A DNA stretch of 63,715 nt, counting the filler, from Octopus bimaculoides (taxonomy: Eukaryota), in the NCBI RefSeq assembly GCF_001194135.2. It is 4 parts of 4 records of this genome, joined end to end, with 100 filler letters (N's around TTAATTAATTAA, not from the genome) between each part and the next. Parts side by side here need not be neighbours in the genome. Positions count along the whole stretch, not along the records: positions 21,773 to 51,410 come from NC_068983.1; positions 51,511 to 62,437 come from NC_068998.1; 2 more parts are not named here. One strand, 5' to 3'. How positions within the stretch are numbered: position 1 is the stretch's first letter; every line of letters starts with the position of its first letter. Shown here one piece after another: positions 50,575 to 62,437 of the stretch. Under the pieces are notes generated by a model. It did no database searches, was not told the origin of the DNA, and saw only the letters and a list, made by a program, of their open reading frames with translations. Both the position numbers and the translations under genes were made by a program.

Positions 50575-51025
50575 AAATTTGATGACTGGCACTTGTGCCA
50601 GTGGAGCGCTAACAGCACTATCCGAGCGGGATCACTGCCAGAGCAGCAGTCTCGCTTCCGTGCTGGTGGCATGTAAAAAGCACCATTTGAGTGTGATCGT
50701 TTCCAGCTTCGCCTTACTGGCACTTGTGCCAGTGGCATGTGAACAAAACATTGGACTAACTCTTGTGCAGATGGTATGTAAAACAACACCATTTGAGTGC
50801 AGCCATTGCCAGTACTGCTGCACTGACCTTCGTGCCGGTGGCACGTAAAAAGCACCCACTACACTCTCGGAGTGGTTGGTGTTAGGAAGGGCATCCAGCT
50901 GTAGAAACTCTGCCAGATCAGAATGGAGCCTGGTGCAGCCATCTGGTTTCACCAGTCCTCAGTCAAATCGTCCAACCCTTGCTAGCATGGAAAGTGGACG
51001 TTAAATGATGATGATGATGATGATA
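50575..51025 (+). mobile_element. RTE LINE 3'UTR with tandem modules and tail
   Basis: Repeated GGTGGCA(T/C)GTAAAAAGCACC modules, then GGTTGGTGTTAGGAAGGGCATCC..GCTAGCATGGAAAG..(GAT)n. Confidence 0.85.
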
Positions 51026-51379
51026 TATATTAAAATAGAGTAGTTTTGGTGAAGCATTGTGTAGTATTACTCTAAAAGAGATTTGTTGTGTAAGGCTGGA
51101 ACAATGCAAGAAGGTACAAAGTAAACTACAAAAGAAAAAGAAAAGTAAAATGCAACTTTACTTTGTTTTCTTTTCCTTTCTAATTTACTTTGCACCTTCA
51201 TGCATTGTTCTGGCCTTACACAACAAACTTCTTATATATATTATTGATTGTAATTTACATTATACCCATATTGATGTGGTATCCAAGTGATGCACCAGTG
51301 AATCAGATGTTTTACACACCCATTTGAAGGAATTCTTTTCCTTAGCTTTTTACCTTAAATATATGTGTGGGTGTGTATG

Positions 51380-51410
<31 letters not shown>

Positions 51411-51510
51411 NNNNNNNNNNNNNNNNNNNNNNNNNNNNNNNNNNNNNNNNNNNNTTAATTAATTAANNNNNNNNNNNNNNNNNNNNNNNNNNNNNNNNNN
51501 NNNNNNNNNN
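51411..51510. other. Artificial 100-bp scaffold join with TTAATTAATTAA
   Basis: 44 N + 12-mer + 44 N. Confidence 0.95.
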
Positions 51511-51554
<44 letters not shown>

Positions 51555-52299
51555 TACAGAACCTGATATACCAGGTAGGCATGTGTTCACCTCAAGTGAT
51601 GGCATCTGATTTATTACATACTTATACCTTCTAAATTAGTGACCTACTGCTGTGTGGGTGTGTCTGTGTGGAGGGTGAGGTGTCTCTGTGGGGATGCATG
51701 TGTATGTGGGTTTGGGCGTGCGCGCGCGTGTGTATGTGTGTGTAAGTGTAGATGTATGTGTGGGTGCGTGTGTGTGTGTATTTGTGTGTGCGTGTTGTGT
51801 GTGTATGTGTGTGTGTAATAATAGATTTAATTGTCAGAATATATTATGCAACGTCCCCCCATCCGCCCTTTATTTGAGGCTTTTATCTTCTCGTTACTCC
51901 CTAACTCCCCCCTAATCTTCTCTATAGTGCATTGATTTCATATATCTGTACCTTATCTTGTATCATTTATTAATTAATGACCAACCAATTATTAATTGAA
52001 ATAATCTTAAATATTTATTTAATTATGCGACTATCTACTCAATCACCCTCAAATTTATTTAATTATTTTAATCATATAATTTATTTATTTAGATAGATAG
52101 ATAATTACATATTTAATCATCCATTTATTTTATTGATTTAATCATTAGTTACTGTCTAAATTATCTATTTAATTAATTACTACTCATAGAATGGCCCATT
52201 ATAATAATGTTAGTGTTTTTCTTAAACGGACATTCATAATGAACCCGCCTCTAAATTATCTCTCTATAACAGGTAACTGCCACAGATATTAGGCACCTC

Positions 52300-52585
52300 C
52301 TCTACATCTTTTTTTCTCTTTTAGATTCCATGTCCAGAATGTAAGACATAGATGATCATATCCTGCCACAATTCTCTGTTCAGTTTTTTTTTTTTTTTTT
52401 TTTTTTCTGTGACAGTTCCACTTCCTTGTATTTAATACTTCTCTCTTTAAACCAGTTCAGGCTTGACTTCCAGATCATTCTTCTCCTTGCTCCGCTTCTT
52501 TTTCCTTTTAGTCTTTCCGGTCATTGCTAAAAAAATCTCCAGGCCTTCTTTCCTCATTACATGACCAGGAAATCTCAGTTGCTTG
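52300..52585 (-). mobile_element. LINE 3' ORF fragment (RTE-like, different family)
   Basis: EIRDKQLRFPGHVMRKEGLE.. and later WQDMIIYVLHSGHGI*. Confidence 0.6.
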
Positions 52586-52589
52586 TCTC

Positions 52590-52950
52590 TTATCTCACTT
52601 ATTCTATCGCTCTCTTTTGCCGAACCTCTAAGTTACGTCGACGTAAACACACCAATATCGGGTGTCAAANNNNNNNNNNGCATGTATGTGTGTAAACACA
52701 GACACACATACATACACACACATACACAGATATATATTTATATATATACATATATACGACGGAGTTCTTTCAGTTTCCGTCTACCAAATCCACTCACAAG
52801 TCTTTAGTAGACCAGAAGCTATAGTAGAAGACACTTGCCCAAAGTGCCACGCAGTGGGACTGAANNNNNNNNNNAGACACTTGCCCAAGGTGCCACGCAG
52901 TGGGACTGAACTCGGAACCATGTAACTGATAAGCAAGCTACTTACCACAA
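52590..52950 (-). mobile_element. tRNA-headed SINE (CpG retained), broken by two 10-N gaps
   Basis: TTCTTTCAGTTTCCGTCTACCAAATCCACTCACAAG..AGACACTTGCCCAAGGTGCCACGCAGTGGGACTGAAC. Confidence 0.8.
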
Positions 52951-53051
52951 AGGATATCCTGCTATATTTAATCGACATCATCTAAGGTAGCGGTCACACA
53001 CAGAAAGTTACAGCTATTGACACAGGACTTTTCTCCTCGAGACAGAATATA

Positions 53052-53889
53052 CAGGGTCTTCAAAAAGTTTCTCCGCAGAATAAATATTTGTAAGATGGTA
53101 TAATACTACAAAAGTATATATTAGACTTAACAAGACTTTAAAAAACTTTATAAGAGGTATTGAAAGTGTCGTCCTTCATTTTGAATACGTAAGTTGACTC
53201 TGTTACACATGTTTTGAAAGACATCTTGGAGAGTCTGACACGGTATGGATCGTGTGAAGGTTATGATTGTGTATTTTAGCTCATTAATGGTTTTCGGGCG
53301 ATTCTTGTACACTGATCCTTTACTTGCTCCCCAGAAAAAAAAAGTCTGGCGGTTTTAAATCAGGTGATCTTGGTGGCCAAAGTCCCTTCGAAATAATCCT
53401 TTCACCGAAAAACCCTTAAGAGCAACTTGACAAGAGCAACTTGACAAAAATATATATGGAGAGAACGTGTCAGAAAAATGTAGAGTCTGTGGAACTTGGA
53501 ACGAGACAGGGACACACATTGTGACAGAATGCCCCAAGTTGGCACAGGAAGAATATGAAAAATGGAGGCACGACCTGGTTGTAAAAGTTTTGCACTGGAA
53601 ACTGTGCCAGAAATGGAGATTTGAAGTTAGTCGAAGCTAGACAATCATCTAGTCGAAAGAGTACAGGAGTCGGAGAAATGTAAGATTTTGTGGGAATTTC
53701 TTATTCAAACGGACAAATGGTGATGCACGAAGAATGTGCTGTAGCTCCATCTTGCTGACAGGATGCATTATTAATTTCACTTTCAGTGAGTTGGCCTACA
53801 AATGGACAGACGATATTTGAGCAATATCTCTCGGTGTTGATGGTGTCTTCAAAACAATTCACTGCGGAAGAGACTTTTGGAACACCCTG
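53052..53889 (-). mobile_element. Internally deleted mariner (DD41D/rosa-like) element
   Basis: TA TSD and TIRs CAGGGTCTTCAAAAAGTTTCTCCGCAG / revcomp CAGGGTGTTCCAAAAGTCTCTTCCGCAG. Minus-strand FEDTINTERY..QQDGATAH and VFGERIISKGLWPPRSPDLKPPDFFFWG..FQNMCNRVNLRIQNEGRHFQYLL*. Confidence 0.9.
53446..53718 (+). mobile_element. Internal R4-like retrotransposon fragment (CCHC knuckle region) inside the mariner
   Basis: CRVCGTWNETGTHIVTECPKLAQEEYEKWRHDLVVKVLHWKLCQKW followed by a KILW(D)FLIQTDK-like segment. Confidence 0.75.
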
Positions 53890-54807
53890 TATAATAATAA
53901 TAATAATATTGAAAACTTACTTTTTCTTCCGTTCCTTATTAGCAACACATGACGTCTGCGTGCAAGTACATGTAGAGAGAGAAAAGAAAAAGAAGCGAGA
54001 TAGAGAATGGCACAGATTATAAGATTCTGTTGTTTTGTTACTGTCGAATATATATTTCTGTGACTATATCATTCCAGTGCTCAGATGCTGTATGATTAAA
54101 TCTTCTTCTAATTGCAACATTAGAAAGAATTGAAAAGTCAACAAAATAACCACAAAACAGAAAATGATTAAAGGTCAATCTTCAAGTGTATTAAACATTT
54201 AGATCACATTTAATTGATTAACTATTCCGTGATAGGAATATATACCACATTAATGATCTCGAAATAAGCACTTCTAAAGCATGCTTTATCTTTGATATGA
54301 GACGTAAGCTGCATGAGAACATAAACTATAGAGAACAAAGTAACTGAGTTCTTATTGAAACAAGATGAAACGTATTTCATATATATTTCCAATTCTTTTA
54401 CTCTTGTCTCTTATTTTACCTAATTTTGGCGCAACATTGGTCTTTTAGAATCATCGATTTCTCTTTGCCTAACGTTACAAAGTAATCTATCAAACGAAAT
54501 TATCATGATTCTCTAAATTTCTTTAGTTCCAATACAGAACTTATCTCATTAATCAACGCATGCTCTATGTTCCTTGCATACGATTCCCTTTGATTACTTT
54601 GGCGATTCTTTCTCACTAATTTTCGTCCGTTTCGTTTCTTAAGTCTCTTCGAGTTTATCTACATAATCAAAATTATAGAGAAGATATATATATAGTTAGT
54701 ACTCTGTCACGAAATATCATAAATGTGTGTGTGTGTGTAGAGTGAGAGATATAGAAAGATAGATAGATACACACACACACACATACATAACTATATGTAT
54801 ATGTGTA

Positions 54808-54859
<52 letters not shown>

Positions 54860-55399
54860 TGAATGCATTTGTTTTGCCAGATTCTTGGTGTGAAATTGGG
54901 TCTTGAAATAGATAGTGTTATATTCGGAGATAGTNNNNNNNNNNAATGCATTTGTTTTGACAGATTCTTGGTGTGAAATTGGGTCTTGAAATAGATAGTG
55001 TTATATTCGGAGATAGTCATTTTCCCCAGCCAATAGGATGTGTGTTTATTGATAAAAATGACCATCCCCACTGTGTGGCTGGTTCGGCAAGTTGACGTGT
55101 GTGTGTGTGTGTGTGTGTACGCGCGCGCGCGCCCCTGTGTGTGTATGTGAGTGAGTGTAATTGTCCAGCCATCAAAACTGGTAGTGTTTCTTGTTTCGTC
55201 TCTTTTTTATCTATAACTTTGTGGTTCGACAAGGTGCTCTCGATAAAATAAATACCAGATAGAACTAAGTACTTATATCAATAAGATCAACTAAACACAT
55301 GAGGTGGTGGTCTAGTATGGCCATAGGACAAAGACTTAAAGCAGTTAAAGAATATTACACACCCATACACATATGCATTCATACGTTACGAACACAGAG

Positions 55400-55860
55400 G
55401 CGCAGTCGTGACAAATGGCGTTAGCGGATTTGTAGGCAAGCGCTTTCTCTTCCTCCTGGTAAAAATTCTTCCACTTCATCGTCTTCGCAAACATTTGTGG
55501 GAACATAGGTCTGGATGATCATCTGGGTGGTATTTCTTGTGAGACGAATGTTTAGCACTCCGATGCGTGAAGAAGACAATCGGCAGGAAATGATTTTCGA
55601 GGCTTGTTCTTTGCTTACTCTCACACCTCTGCTTTTGCCAGTCTCATGACCCTTTCATCTGTCCATCTCACGTTTGTTTCTTTCTTTCGATGCGTTTTGC
55701 AGAACCTCGTCACATTACATTTGATCTTTTTCTCCCCCCNNNNNNNNNNGGAAAATACTTTCTGGTTTTCCTTGCCAAAGACCTGCAATTGTAGGTACAT
55801 ATTGCAACGGTTGTTATCCGTTTCCTTGGCGGCTAATGGATGTCTGAGATCCTTAGCAGA
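55400..55860 (-). mobile_element. RTE LINE AP-endonuclease fragment
   Basis: ICTYNCRSLAR.. and SSRIGVLNIRLTRNTTQMIIQTYVPTNVCEDDEVEEF. Confidence 0.7.
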
Positions 55861-55869
55861 TGTTAAGGT

Positions 55870-56570
55870 GCGGAGGTGAAGAGCTGTAGAAAATCCTCTT
55901 TCTACACTTCAATCACTATCTGAGGGAGGGCAAAAAAAAACCTCAATCTGGAATGTGTCCAATACCATCCTGTCTCATAAGAAGGGTGATGAAGATTTTA
56001 AGAATATCGACCCATATTTCTCTTGTCTCATCGCTATAAGCTGTTCGTCCTTACCAGACTACCGAAACCTCTCGGAAACGAGCAAACAGGTTTCCGTAAG
56101 AACTGCAGTACGATGGATCACATATTCACTGTAACACAGCTTATAGAACGAGCGAATGAATTGAATCTACCTCTGTGCATCGATTTAGTTGATTACGTAA
56201 AGGCCTTGGATAACATCGAGATGAACGTAGTGCTGAAACCTGTGGAAATGCCAGGTATCGAGTCGCAATGCATCAAATTAGACGCACCACAGATATAGTT
56301 CAGCTATCGCCACTAGGTAGAGCTCGAACTGGGAAAGGCTTCAAACTAAAAAGATACCATCTCCACGATGGTCTTCACAGCACGTCTGGAAGTGATCATC
56401 AGAGATAGTGACCAGACAGTGGGCATGAACATCAGCACACTTCCGAACATCCATAACAGAGCCGTTCTTCCATAGGTTCCAGAGAACAGGTGGACCCATG
56501 CAGTTGCCGGATGGTATCCAAGAGATCGGTAAAGGCTACTTTAAAGGCCTCTACGACGATGGGAAAATGA
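55870..56570 (+). mobile_element. RTE LINE RT fragment (heavily deleted)
   Basis: WNVSNTILSHKKGDEDFKN, EQTGFRKNCSTMDHIFTVTQLIERANELNLPLCIDLVDYVKALD and RWTHAVAGWYPRD..RPLRRW. Confidence 0.8.
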
Positions 56571-59119
56571 TTTAGCTACGTGATTTGGTACAAGATGGAA
56601 AAAAATGTTTCTGTCACGAAAGAATTGGAAGCGCATTGTGACCAGGGATATATAACATCTGATAGTCTGGTCGATACAGTGATATGTATATCTATGTATG
56701 TGTGTATGTATAAATAGAGAGGGAGAGAGAGGGGTGTAGGTATAAATATATCATACACACACACATACACATGTATCTATATATATATATTTATGCTTGA
56801 AGCTAAACCGTTCTAAAATTTTGACTTTCAAACAATAAAAGAAATGGATCAGGAGATCTTATAATTGCACACGAAATAAATTTTGTAATTAATTCATTTA
56901 TATAAAAATAATGTTGAATGTCCAAATAAACAACAAAAAACGTGCAAAAGTTTTATACAAACCAGTCCAAAGTTCAATGGCTAAGCATTTTGCAATCGCT
57001 CAGCTAAAAATTCCGATTTATAATGATTAAGATATTGAATGTAATATGCATACTAACAAAAGAAAATCTTGAGTTATTTAGAGCGTAAATTATTATGCAC
57101 TAATCTTTGCTCCAAAACTCATTCGTTTTCGCCAAGAATTATTTTCTTAATCGATGGTTCTGACGTCAAAATAATCATGCATGCAAGAATAATCACGTGT
57201 TGCTGTCTTTTGGATACTAATATATTAATGAAGTAGAGTGAGACCAATTATTTTGATTTTGTGATGGTTAGCCATAACTCTGGAGAAATTTGTAAATTTA
57301 TTGATCTTGTATTTTACATCTATTTCATAATAGTTTAATATTTACGAAGTGTGTTATACAGAGACAGTGGTCATACTATCCCACGGAATATGAATATTCA
57401 ACAGCAGAATAAAGTTAGGAATTAAAATTAATTATTTAAAGATGTTAGGAATTAAAAATTTAAGAACTTTTACCTAAAAATTATGCTTGACATAAATTTG
57501 CATATAATTATTTCTTTTAGATATTTCCTTATATTTATGGATAAATACGCAAAATTTAGAAAGCCAAATGAAAAGTTAAAGTTCAAAATATCTCTTCAAA
57601 CCTCCTGCTTACAGTTATTAATAAGAAATTCCTAAGACAATAATACGATACTCTTACTCAATATTTCATATGGTATTGCGTTGAAACACTAGATTTAAGG
57701 ATAAAATTAATCACATTAGTAATAATAGAGTTTTTACGTTTTGGCAAAAGCCAGCATTTGGGGGAGGGGGAAGCGATTAATAATAATGATAATGATAATC
57801 TATTGTGCTTATTTTCATGGCCTACCAATGTATACCAGGAATAACACCGAACCTGAGCCAAACCAAAATAATAATAAATGGTTATCTATACTGTGTCTCA
57901 TTTTGAAATTGGCTTAACCCCCAGAAATTGCCCATTATTATCTTTCAAACTTGTTTATCGTACGAAAATATTTACAGATGATAACCTAGTTTATTCTGGT
58001 TAAATTGATTTGAATGCAAATCCTTTTAAGCTATGTTTCGATCAGTAACAATAATCTTTCATAAAATATGGATGGTTGTCAGACACAAACTTTCAAATTA
58101 TATCTGGATTTTAAGAATTAATATCAAGACCTATAAAATTGTTTGTAAGACACTGACATAGGCTAAACCTTATAAACAAGATAACGATGGTCGTATTTCT
58201 GAAAAGCTGAATATTTTATTCCATAAGAATGTTATCATAGGCACATGTTTAGAACTAATATATTAAATATAGACCTCTTATAAATTTTGTCATCATAAAT
58301 CAAAATATTTGCTATAATATTTTAATGACTTATATAGTTGAATGCCGAATATAATACTTTGTACTACAAATAAGTCACTAGTGTCTTCTGTTAGTGTATA
58401 TAGAGCATTCAATATTTTAATCGTTTAAATAAAAATGTGTATGATTCTATTGCACGGATTTCTATCATTAATGTGGAAATTTCCACTTTTATTTAATTTT
58501 TTATATACAAATATAAGTTTGATTTACCTTTTCGTTGAAAAATCAGCAGACAGGAAACTCTTAACGATTTTCGCAATTTGTGGATTTCCAGCTTTTATTA
58601 GATTTTTTTCTGGATGTAAATATTATAAATACGTTTCATGTGTGGTTAATAGTCACAAAATTTGTAACCATATTAAATAATACCTCATTTCAGATGTATG
58701 TTTCAAATACGACCAGTGAAAGTCTTATTTATTGTGAAAATAGCAGCCGTTCTAATGCTTCCTATAGATTATAATCTTCAGCAGTGTCACTCCACGACAA
58801 TCTATTTCTCACCAAAGGGTAGACATATAGCACATAACACTCACTGGCATTAAATGTAGTCCTATTTCTTTTTTCTAACACAAGTTTCGACTGAACTACG
58901 AAGCGCTTTTTCCGTCTTTTACTCTCGTAGTTTTCCCGATATCACAACATGTACAGCGTCTCTCATAACAAGCGGTCAGTTGATGAAGACACAGCATGCT
59001 TAAACCAGCATTGTTGGTGGACAATAACGAAAATGCTCTAATAGTGTCCACTGGAAAACAGCCACTGTATAAACAGACCATTTAACTAAAATATACAACA
59101 GTACACGTAGACATCTTTT

Positions 59120-59510
59120 TATCTTTTCTTCTTTTACTTGTTTCAGTCATTAGACTGTCGCCATGCTGGGGCACCGCCTTGAAGAATTTTTGGTCGAATG
59201 AATCGACACCAGTCGTTTTTTTTTTAAATTTAAACTTGATAGTTATTCTATCAGTCTTTTTTGCCGAACCGCTAGGTTACAGGAACGTAAACACACCGAC
59301 ACCGGTTGTCAAGCGCTGGTAGGAGACAAACACAGACACACACGTGTGTTATATATATATATATATATGATGAGCTTCTTTCAGTTTCCGTCTACTTAAA
59401 GCACTAACAAGGCTTTGGTCAGTCATAGAAGACGCTTGCCAAGTTTCCACGCAGTGGGACTGAAACCGGAACCAAGTAGCTGGGAAGCAAACTTCTTACC
59501 ACACAGCTAC
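59120..59510 (-). mobile_element. tRNA-headed SINE, tail A, CpG retained
   Basis: TTTCAGTCATTAGACTGTCGCCATGCTGGGGCACCGCC..GCCGAACCGCTAGGTTAC..TTCTTACCACACAGCTAC. Confidence 0.85.
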
Positions 59511-59898
59511 GTCTGCAAAATATACAGAAGTATTCGTCCTGTTTTTATAGCTTAGTCAGAGAAAGGAGAGCCAGGTCTATAGTGTCTCTAAGATTGTTAG
59601 GAGAAATGGAAATAAGAAATTATGTCTTGAGGGTCCCCATAAACTACAATCCGGGTCTGAATGCTTGTAAAGGGTGGAGTCTGATAAAGGCATCATCCAA
59701 GGTCATGTGATGGCGTTAAACTGAATAATGGCTTGAATCTACGTTTCAAGGAGTACCAACTTACACGCGACTTAACGATTTTGACGATTTTGTTTAAGAA
59801 AGCCTTAGTAAATATTATTTTACGCATGCGCAAATATATATATATATTAGGAAAGATCAAAAAGACCTCCGTTGTTATAAAAAAAAGGAGTACTATTA

Positions 59899-59946
<48 letters not shown>

Positions 59947-60510
59947 GTTACAAAACACTGACGCTATATAGAACCAACCGAACCAATGTCTTGTTAAGTA
60001 GCGCCTTCTAACCAGTTGTTTGATGCTTATATATAGGAAAGCATCAGGAAATATGTTTTTGCGTATTTCGCTAACGTGTGTGTGCGTGTGTGTGTGTTTT
60101 ATTTGACAAGTTCGAAGACGAACGAAAGCGCTAATAATAATGGCGAAATAAAAAAAATTGTTTTTTTAAAATTCTGGCGACCTCCTTTTTTCTCAATATT
60201 CAATATCTGTATACCATTTCTAACACTCTATGCACACAGCCACATATGAATATATATAGATATACACACAAACTTCTTACCAGTTCATTTATGCTTGGGA
60301 CATATTAGAACCCGTATGAAAGCCATTCAGTGTATTTTGTCATGGAGAAATTTTCACATTTGCGCTGTCACCCCATAATATATCGTTTCATAACACATCC
60401 TTCTGATATATAGATAGATACAAAAGAAAAAACTATTTGTGGTGATACAAACAAAGGGAAGACAACTCAAATAATCCTCTTCTCTCTTTTTCTTTTCTTT
60501 CTGTGTCCAG

Positions 60511-60656
60511 TTACAAGACGCTGAAAATGTCTATTATCAACCAAACGAAGAAAGAAAGTTGACTGTTCATATTGAATGGATTGGTTCTTGTTTATTAGTT
60601 CGACCGACTTACCATACGATTGATGACGTCAGCAGAGTACACAAGCACCAGATGTT
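60511..60656 (+). CDS. Candidate internal exon, product unknown
   Basis: Long polypyrimidine tract ending ctgtgtccAG and donor GTAAGT. The 146 bp are open in phase 0-to-2: LQDAENVYYQPNEERKLTVHIEWIGSCLLVRPTYHTIDDVSRVHKHQM(L). Confidence 0.4.
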
Positions 60657-60878
60657 GTAAGTATTTATATAATATTTATCACCGTAGTTTCACTGTGTAT
60701 GCGTTGTGCTTCGCGGCTAATAACCTCACCTACGTATATTCAGCTCCCAAGACGTTAGACGCCAATGTCTCTGTAACACGCCAGTTACGTGTTTGTTGAT
60801 TACATGAGTGTTCCTTCTAATATCTCAGAAATTGCCAAAATTACAAAGTCAACATTTGTATTAATATTTACTAAGATA

Positions 60879-61322
60879 AAGGCGGTGAGCTGACAGAAAC
60901 GTTAGCACGCCGGGCGAAATGCTTAGCGGTATNNNNNNNNNNTTTATGTTCTGAGTTCAAATTCCGCCGAGGTCGACTTTGCTTTTCACCCTTTCGGGTT
61001 CAATAAATTAAGTACCAGTTGCGTATTGGGATCGATCTAATCGACTGGCCCCCTCCCCCCAAAATTTCGAGTCTTTTGTCTAGAGTAGAAAAGAAAGGCG
61101 GTGAGCTAGCAGAAATGTTAGCACGCCGGACGAAATGCTTAGCGGTATTTCGTCCGTCTTTATGTTCTGAGTTGAAATTCCGCCGAGGTCGACTTTGCCT
61201 TTCATCCTTTCAGGGTCGATAAAATAAGTACCAGTTACACACTGGGGTCGATGTAATCGACTTAATCCCTTTGTTTGTCCCCTCTATGTTTAGCCCCCTG
61301 TGGGCAATAAATAAATAAATAA
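60879..61322 (+). mobile_element. Two tandem OK-like tRNA-derived SINEs, well preserved
   Basis: GGCGGTGAGCT..GTTAGCACGCCGG..GAGTTCAAATTCCGCCGAGGTCGACTTTGC (A/B-box-like head). The second copy ends in (AAAT)n. Confidence 0.88.
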
Positions 61323-61750
61323 ATGTTTACGTTTTCTTCGTTTAGTTTTCATTCTATAAACATCAAAAACATCAAACTGTATACGTGACCGAGTATGGTA
61401 TACATTTTAAGTGACTTAATGAATATCAAATACACATTGCTTTAGAAGTGTATTATTAGAATCTATTTAATACAATGTTAAAAATTTTTTTTCATAGTTT
61501 ATGTCGTATTTTAAGTAGAAGTTTAAGCTTTGTCCAGAAAATCCTGATATCCGGGACACTTCTGGTCTCAAGCTTCCAGAATATTTGATCCAGTACCAAA
61601 CTCAAAACGTGACTTCAGTAACACGGGCAGCTACACTACATAGCAATTATAACGTGGAAACGGCGCAATGTTTAAGTAGTAATGATGATAGAGAGCTCAA
61701 CTCTATGCGCGCTCGCGAGTGTGTGTGCGTACATACGTGTAGTGACTTAC

Positions 61751-61865
61751 ATTTGACAGGCTGCGCCGCACAAGAACGTCCAGAACCTCTCAACGTTGGC
61801 TTCACAAGCTTTCACGCAGTCGCCGCCCAGATGCAGACCTTTGATGTGCTGAATTACATCGCCGA
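61751..61865 (-). CDS. Exon encoding a small Cys-rich peptide segment with a C-X3-C-X11-C-X3-C motif
   Basis: Acceptor gctttttttccaatttcttttacAG and donor AT|GTAAGT. The 115 bp are GC-rich, and only the phase-1 frame is open: (x)GDVIQHIKGLHLGGDCVKACEANVERFWTFLCGAACQ(I/M). Confidence 0.75.
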
Positions 61866-62099
61866 CTGTAAAAGAAATTGGAAAAAAAGCAGTGTTGAAT
61901 AGTGATGTTTGCAATGTTGAATATTAATATAAGCACAAGAATTTCACACATTTATGAGGAAGAATACAGTCCGGGAGATGAATAAAGGCACGAAAACCAG
62001 CAATACGTATTTTGTCTTACATATTTAATGAAGTGCGTAACGTTGAGAAGTATAATTAATAGACAGAATATATCTATATCATGTTGATATTTATTGTGG

Positions 62100-62437
62100 G
62101 TGGAGGCGCAATGGTTAGGGCAGCGGACTCGCGGTCATAGGATCGCGGTTTCGATTCCCAGACCGGGCGTTGTGAGTGTTTATTGAGCGAAAACACCTAA
62201 AGCTCCGATGGTGGCGAACCCTGCTGTACTCTTCCACCACAACTTTCTCTCACTCTTTCTTCCTGTTTCTGTTGTGCCTGTAATTCAAAGGGTCAGCCTT
62301 GTCACACTGTGTCACGCTGAATCTCCCCAAGAACTACGTTAAGGGTACACGTGTCTGTGGAGTGCTCAGCCACTTGCACGTTAATTTCACGAGCAGGCTG
62401 TTCCGTTGATCGGATCAACTGGAACCCTCGACGTCGT
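62100..62437 (+). mobile_element. tRNA-derived SINE with intact B box
   Basis: GGAGGCGCAATGGTTAGGGCAGCGGACTCGCGGTC..GGTTTCGATTCCCAGACCGGGCG head. The tail is homologous to 43170-43500. Confidence 0.8.

Noticed and set aside
52825-52910. Short direct duplications flanking 10-N gaps (also about 54862-55020)
   Set aside because: Overlapping contig ends or haplotype bubbles left unmerged.
61751-61865. Interpretation of the twin CX3C motif as a mitochondrial small Tim chaperone
   Set aside because: Not favoured: the linker is hydrophobic and aromatic (VERFWTFL), and the flanks do not resemble the Tim8/9/10/13 sequences I know. It is kept only as an alternative to test.
62100-62175. tRNA-like sequence with a B box
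   Set aside because: It is a SINE head: it has no complete cloverleaf and continues into a SINE body found elsewhere in the window.
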